From Octopus sinensis (Eukaryota), in contig NC_043011.1 in assembly GCF_006345805.1 (NCBI RefSeq), positions 66,662,464 to 66,726,463 on the forward strand: DNA of 64,000 bases, in the 5' to 3' direction. Shown piece by piece: positions 46,080 through 64,000 of this stretch. Positions within the stretch are counted from its first letter, which is position 1. Each line of letters opens with the position of its first letter. Below the pieces are notes generated by a model. It was given only the letters and a program-made list of their open reading frames with translations, was not told the origin of the DNA and did no database searches. A program made the position numbers and the translations under genes.

Positions 46080-46529
46080 CGTCCACATTTGTTGAATAAC
46101 TGCCTCAACGCCCAGTCATAATGTTGTAAGAGCTGGGTCAGGCAGCTCCTACCTGGTCGGAAGCTATGCTGGGTAACACTCAGCAAGTTATTTTCTTCAA
46201 GGAATGCGATTAGTTTCCCTTTGACTATCCGTTCCATGATTTTGCTGATGTGTGAAGGCAGAGAGATAGGCCTATAGTTTTTGGCATCTGCTCTGCTTCG
46301 TCCTTTATGGATTAGGCACATTATTCCCCCTTTCAGCTTGCTTGGGAGTTTGTCATTTGCAAGATAGCTCTAGAAGAGAATCTGGAGGGGTTTTGCCAGG
46401 GTACGCTTATACGATTTAGGAAGGTTGCTGGAAAACTATCAGGACAAGCAATTGAGTTTGCGTCCCTCTCATCTATGGCTAGTATTATATCTTCTTCGCT
46501 AATGTCGATGTATTCAATCGTAACTGCCG

Positions 46530-46530
<1 letters not shown>
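46080..46530 (-). mobile_element. CR1/Jockey-like RT fragment
   Basis: AKNYRPISLPSHISKIMER...QHSFRPGRSCLTQLL. Confidence 0.8.
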
Positions 46531-49057
<2,527 letters not shown>

Positions 49058-50625
49058 ATTCTGCCGACTTATCTTTACTATATTTCTATATATTTCCTAT
49101 TTCTTTTAGTTAACGGCAGAAATCTTTTTGGTAGACACGGCTATTTCTTTGATAATTTTATAATATTCAAGCATGCATTTCAACTGACGACGTAGGCATG
49201 TAAAATCTATTTATGCCATGTTATATCAAAATACATATTCAAGTTTCATTGCGGTAGAATGACCAAAGAAACAGGTGTGCTAAACATCATTTCCCCAAAA
49301 ATGTGATATATGTGTTGAAGAAAGTAGTATTACATGTACAATGTGTTCGGTCTGAATGATCTTTATGTCTCCATTTTATTAAGGAAGAACGGGAAATATT
49401 TCTCACCGCTCAACGTCGCTGAAAACATTACCGATTTATGTTATACTTTATTATACTTTAGGAAATGTTAGATGGCGTGGAGAAATGTAAAGCATCTGAA
49501 TAATGGCTTCAAATTTTATGACAAGGTATAGCAATTTCGCTGGGAGGGATAAACATTTTATTACATCCACGCCAGTACAACACGTATTAACATTGTTTTT
49601 GTGTGTGTATATCTTGCCTATACCTTTTTAGATAACGTCGTAAAACTTCTTCGTAATTCCAAGGATTTGTATTAATTGAAAATATTAAATAATTATTTCC
49701 GTTCATTATTTTGCTTCAAATATTATACACAACACACCTTTCTAACTAGCTCCTTTTCCTAATCTAAAAATGCTCCATTTAGAACGAAATAAAATATTAA
49801 ACGTGCATTATCTTCAGGGATGATAGATATTTAGTTTGCGTTGTAGATGTGCTCACACACACATATTATATAATTTAAATTAACCGAAATTTACAATTAC
49901 AAATCTAACTATTGAGAACTCAAATTTTAACTGAGATATTCCGACAGCTATGCTCTTTATTCCCACGTGAGATATAGCAATACTAACGGAAAACTTTATT
50001 GCTTTCATCCCATTTATGCTAGGCCACAGTTTGTAAACACTACTCTGAAAGTAGAATACATCACATCTTTATATATGAGGAATTATTTTCCAAATACCTG
50101 ACCGTTTAATGACACGACCGATACAATGTGCACTCAAAATGTATGTTTTGTCGTAAGAGATTTTATTTCGAAAATATATATCATAGTATCTCGCGTGGGT
50201 CTACTTATTGTAGTATTTCTTTTAAGCCAAACTTCACGATCCATAATGTTAAATCTTAATTAATGCTCAATTTGAGGCTTACATTGAAATGTAAAACAAT
50301 TTCTCCCTTTCTTACCATTATTGAAACTGCTTGTATGGAACCATTTTCATCCGGGGGAATAATTCGAATTTAAAACGATTTGAAAATTACAAAAACTGAC
50401 GCAGTAAAAGTCGTTGAAATAGAAAAATATTTTAATCTATATTTAAAGCATACAATGAAGAACATTATTAGATATCTCCAATGTCACGTATGAAATTGTA
50501 CACAACTGCAGTGAAGGCGATCTTTTGAAATATTAGAATCTTGATTTTACGGCATATCTCATTGAATAAAGTTTTCAAATTAATACACAAACGTATTTAT
50601 AGAGCCATAAAAAATACATAAATAC

Positions 50626-59415
<8,790 letters not shown>

Positions 59416-60089
59416 TGTCTAATTTCGTGACGAATATCTCGTAGTCTGGCGATTCGCATCGTGGAAACATATGTTATAATTAAATATGATGTGACATATG
59501 TTTCAACTGACAGAGACAGCTTGTGAATGTGATCAATGACATGCAATGTCATAATACATTCTCCTATGTTTATTCTTCTACTTTCACGAGCCCCACAGTT
59601 GTGTAAAAGATAGTTTTACATAAATCTGTGATATTTGTGTGCACCCGTACTTCGTGAACGAAGAACAAATTTCGTTTCTAATCTAGGCACAACGCCCGAA
59701 ATTTTAGGAGAAGGGATCAGCTGATTAGATCGACCCCGAAGAGATGAAAGGCAAAGGCGACCTCGGCAGAAAGGAAGGAGAATATTACAAATACGTGTTC
59801 AGCCTAAATTTAACAACTATTATTTATCTATTTTTTAAGGAAACATTTCATGAATTTCTTACACGTCTACGTCTTAGGAGAGCATATATATTCATGTTTC
59901 AATTGAGAAAATGTCAGATGACATGAAGAAATGGAAGCCATTTGACAATTAGGTCCAAATTTGGGGACGAGACAAGCTATTCCAAACTTTTCTTTCTCCA
60001 CTAATTGCCTTCTCATTGCCTCACATCCACATACTTATAATTGCTTTCTAAAAATTACACATTAATAATATATATATATATATATATAA

Positions 60090-61655
60090 CCTTCACTGCC
60101 ATAACCTTCACTGACATAACCTTCACTACCACCGACATCGTAGAGGCAATAAATGAGGTCAAACATTACTCTGCTGTAGGCACTGATAAATTTCCCGCTA
60201 GTCTCCTGAAGGAATGTAGATATCAACTTGCAGTCCCTCTGACCAACCTCTGGAGAAACTCGTTAGACGCAGGTTATATACCGAAACAGTTTCTATCCCA
60301 GTCGGTCATCCCGGTTTTCAAACAGGGAAACAGATCCCTCGCAGTCAACTATCGCCCAATCCCACTCACCTCCCACATCATTAAAGTGTTTGAAAGAGTG
60401 TTAAGATCAAGGATAGCTGACTTCCTGGAGACCCACAAACTCCTAAATTCAAATCAGCATGGCTTTCGCTGTGGCAGGGACTGTCTAAAACAGCTGTTAC
60501 ACCACATTGAAGATGTACTCAAAGCCTTGAGAACAGGTTCGAACTCTGACGTCATATATCTTGACTTCAGTAAAGAGTTCGACAGGGTTGACCATAACAT
60601 CCTACTCTCAAAATTGGCAAATGTTGGAATCCGTGGAAAAGTTCTACACTGGATTCAGTATTTCCTGGCGAATAGAACACAACATTTTGTAGTTGATGGA
60701 GTCCACTCAAACCCAGCAAAAGTCACCAGCGGTGTTCCCCAGGGAACTGTTTTGGGTCCGATACTCTTCATAATTTACGTAAACGATCTTTCCAGTGTCG
60801 TACATCACTGCAAAGTGAAAATATTCGCTGATGACACTAAGCTCCAGCAAATCGCCAATGAAGAAGCAGACCGAACTCAACTCCAGTCTGATCTATATGC
60901 TGTGAGTCAATGGGCAGACAGAAACAAAATGCAACTGAGTGATGGAAAATTTGAGCTGATGCATTTTGGAAGAAATTCCTCACTAAAACAACCATACTCT
61001 CTTCCTTCAGGGCCACACCTTGAATACTGCTGCCCACTGTGGTCTCCTCACACAAGACAAAACATCTCCAGAATTGAGTCACCCCAGAAGGCTCTCACTA
61101 AACAAATTGAAGGCATGGCTGCTCTCGATTATTGGGATCGCCTTAAAGCCTTGAAACTTTACTCCTTCAAGCGTCGCCGTGAGCGGTACATCATTTGTAC
61201 GATGTGGAAAATATACCGCCAACTTTGCCCAAACGACCTAAACATTAGCTTCAAGGTTCATCCAAGACTTGGACCACGGGCTATACGTCCCCTGCCAAAT
61301 TGAAGATCACAACATACATGTACACTGCAACATAATTTCTTTTCCTCAACAGGCCCTGCCCTATTTAACATTGTCCCGAGGGAGATCAAAGAGGAAAAGG
61401 ATCCCATCAACTTTAAACAGAGTCTGGATAGATTCCTTCAAAGAATACCAGATAAGCCACCCATAATTGGATACAATTCACCCAACAAGAACTCACTACT
61501 TGAACAAAACTGGATACAACTCACCCAACAAGAACTCACTACTTGAACAAAACTTGACTTAAACAGGGTTCGAATAATCCTATCAGGTGGTGCTATTAAG
61601 TTAGACATGGCCTGGACCAATCTCTGGTCGAAACTATCTAAGTTTTATCTAAGTT
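60090..61655 (+). mobile_element. 5'-truncated CR1/Jockey-like LINE (RT domain and 3' UTR)
   Basis: ORF 60041-61303 has NYRPIPLTS, QHGFR, YLDFSK.FD, SGVPQGTVLGP and FADD, with an internal deletion before PHLEYC. Confidence 0.9.
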
Positions 61656-61721
61656 TTATATTTATACACGTATTCATCGCTATATATGTTATTTTTATAA
61701 TTGCTTTCTAAAAATTACACA

Positions 61722-61857
<136 letters not shown>

Positions 61858-62229
61858 GTATTCATCGCTATATATGTCAATTCTATGAGTCTGTATGATC
61901 ATTATTTGATATAGCCGAAGAATAAGCAGTAATATAAGTTTAAGGATTCTGTCAGGTCGTGCTTGAATGCTACTGGTAAAGTGTAATCCAGAACAACCTG
62001 TCGGCATGGTCGGCTCATCGACAACTGAACTGGAAACCCCACCAGACTTGCTGTGAGAGGAGGATGCCGCTGGGCAACGTGCGCGATGAACAAAAAAACC
62101 TGTTAAAGGGTGGATGAAGTCCTGAAGATCAACGGCCATCCAACAAAATGTCTGTATCCTCTTTTTCGTTTCTTATATGTGTATATGCATATATTTACTC
62201 TCTCTCTCTCTCACTCCTTACATAAATTA

Positions 62230-62815
62230 TGCTTTCAAAGGCACAAGTGAAATTTGACATTATCTTAAATATTTCACCTTGTTTCAAGTGAGATTTTGTA
62301 TCCTCAAATAAATGGGTGCACATGTCACAACTATCCCGCCATTATTTTCCCTCTTTTTGTTCCTTTCTTAATCGATATAGTCTTTCGCCGATAAATAATG
62401 TTGCCAATGGCATCGGTTGCAATTTGCCTTTGATAATTTTGCGTGCGCACAAATTTCCTCGATTGTTTTATCTCCAATGAGTACGGGCAGATTGTGAATG
62501 ATGATATTGAATGACTTTTTGTATCTTGGGTTTTGTGAGGAGATGTGACTGCTTTTATATTTTGTGTGATTTTTCGGTTAACTTCCCTTAATGCTTGTAT
62601 GGCTATTTCCTTTCTTCGCTTCACCCCTTCGTTTAATAATGATGGTGGGTAATGTCTTCTGCGGAGTGTCGAATTAAGTTCACAGAGTCTCCGTTTGCGG
62701 GGATTGGTATCCGAAACTATAGTTTATACTCATTTCGTTAGATTATAAGGTATATTAAGTTTCAATATATTTGGGTTGGCATGAGTTAAATAACAGGTAT
62801 GGTTTTGATTCTGTG
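62230..62815 (-). mobile_element. Degenerate Penelope-like fragment
   Basis: Minus-strand CDMCTHL...NFTCA remnant, typical of the region before a PLE GIY-YIG domain. Confidence 0.45.
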
Positions 62816-63661
62816 GCCCTATAAAATATACAATGTACATTGCCTTGAGAGACGATGATATTTTTTTTATTTTAGATATGAGCACGGAAACCATTTGATA
62901 TACATTTTACTCATATTTAAATTACAAGAAGGTTACAGTTACAAAACTCTAAGTATGGAGTACTCAAATTATAACAAATATTCCAACAGCTATAAACTTT
63001 TTAAACACATAAGATATAGCGATACTAATGAAAGACATAATTGCTTTCGTCCGAGTTATACTTTGCCACAGATTTTCAATACTACTCTGAAAGTAAAATG
63101 CATCACAGTTTTATATATGAGGAAGTATAATTAATGTCACATTGAAATATTTTCCAATACCTAACTGTTCTCGTTAAGGAATCGCCCGGTACATATGTGC
63201 ACTCAAATGTATGTTTTGTCGTAAGAGATTATATTTCATAATATAGTCTCTCGTGTGGGGCTATTTATTATAGCATCTCTGTTAAGTGATACTTCACGAT
63301 CCACAATGCGAAATCTTAATTAATGTAGAATTCCTGGCTTTCTTACCATTATTGATTCTGCTTCTATGGTACCATCTTCATCCGGGGTAAATACTTCCAA
63401 TGCGACATTAAAAACAATTTGAAAATTAAAAAAAACAATGACGCAGTGAAATTCGTTGAAATATCTCAGAGATATTTTAATCTATATTTAAAGCATACTG
63501 TGTAGGGCATTATTAGAATCCTCAATGTCACATATGAAATTGTAGACATTTGTAGTCCAGTCGTTCTAGTTGTGATACTGGAATTTCGTTGTTCGGCTCA
63601 TCTTTTTGAATAATTTTTTCAAATTAATACGCATATGTACTTCTAGTACCATAAGAAATAT

Positions 63662-63721
63662 TTATGCATGTGTGAGCAATAATGTTACAAAAGCAGCTCT
63701 GGATACTGGCTGACCGCTAAC
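63662..63721 (-). CDS. Last coding exon of paralog 5 (gene continues beyond the window end)
   Basis: Acceptor ttttcttccatttacag followed by VSGQPVSRAAFVTLLLTHA*. The 3' UTR, 3' flank and intron 4 match paralogs 2 and 4. Confidence 0.8.
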   Translation of the reverse strand, partial: VSGQPVSRAAFVTLLLTHA

Positions 63722-64000
63722 CTGTAAATGGAAGAAAAGTTTCGTTATTTGAGATTTAATAAAAACAATGACGTAACGTGAATTAGGTGAGCCTTTTTGC
63801 TAGTGAGATGTTTTACTGTGCAATTCTTATCACTTCCATTAATTTCCGAATAGTCTATGTTATCTTCGATGATATAAACACAAAATATATTAATCAGGGC
63901 CACATATAATTTTATGTTACTTATCAGGATTTGACAAGGTAGATTCCCCTATCAGGCGGAAGTGAATGTTGAGTTTTTTAAACATATACGCTATGTTTGC

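Noticed and set aside
50300-50360. Donor-like GTAAGA on the minus strand in the 3' flank (also near 63340)
   Set aside because: It is not conserved in the paralog 2 flank and has no consistent open exon.

Overview
AT-rich, microsatellite- and retroelement-dense eukaryotic DNA. The SINE and LINE families look like coleoid cephalopod, probably Octopus (inference). The six-frame ORF track shows almost only transposon and microsatellite ORFs. Hidden among them on the minus strand is a head-to-tail tandem array of a small five-exon gene, which I assembled by hand from conserved GT-AG exons with identical intron phases (1,2,0,0). The window holds three apparently intact paralogs (6489-21037, 27734-44366, 50626-59415), one pseudogene (about 46.5-49.06 kb), one orphan first exon (25679-25742) and the last exon of a further copy (63662-63721). 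Each encodes a 105-118 aa protein with a signal peptide, a six-cysteine domain (C-x7-C-x12/13-C-x8-C-x7/8-C-x11-C), a short linker and a GPI-signal-like hydrophobic tail. The central spacing resembles neuritin/CPG15 and the RGM N-terminal helical domain. Signal exons and non-coding flanks are conserved, while the mature domain is very divergent. The rest of the window is R4/Dong-like retrotransposons in (TAA)n, a Tx1-like LINE in (GATA)n, Penelope-like elements with inverted ends and hammerhead-like motifs, CR1-like RT fragments, mariner/Tc1 remnants and many tRNA-derived SINEs.
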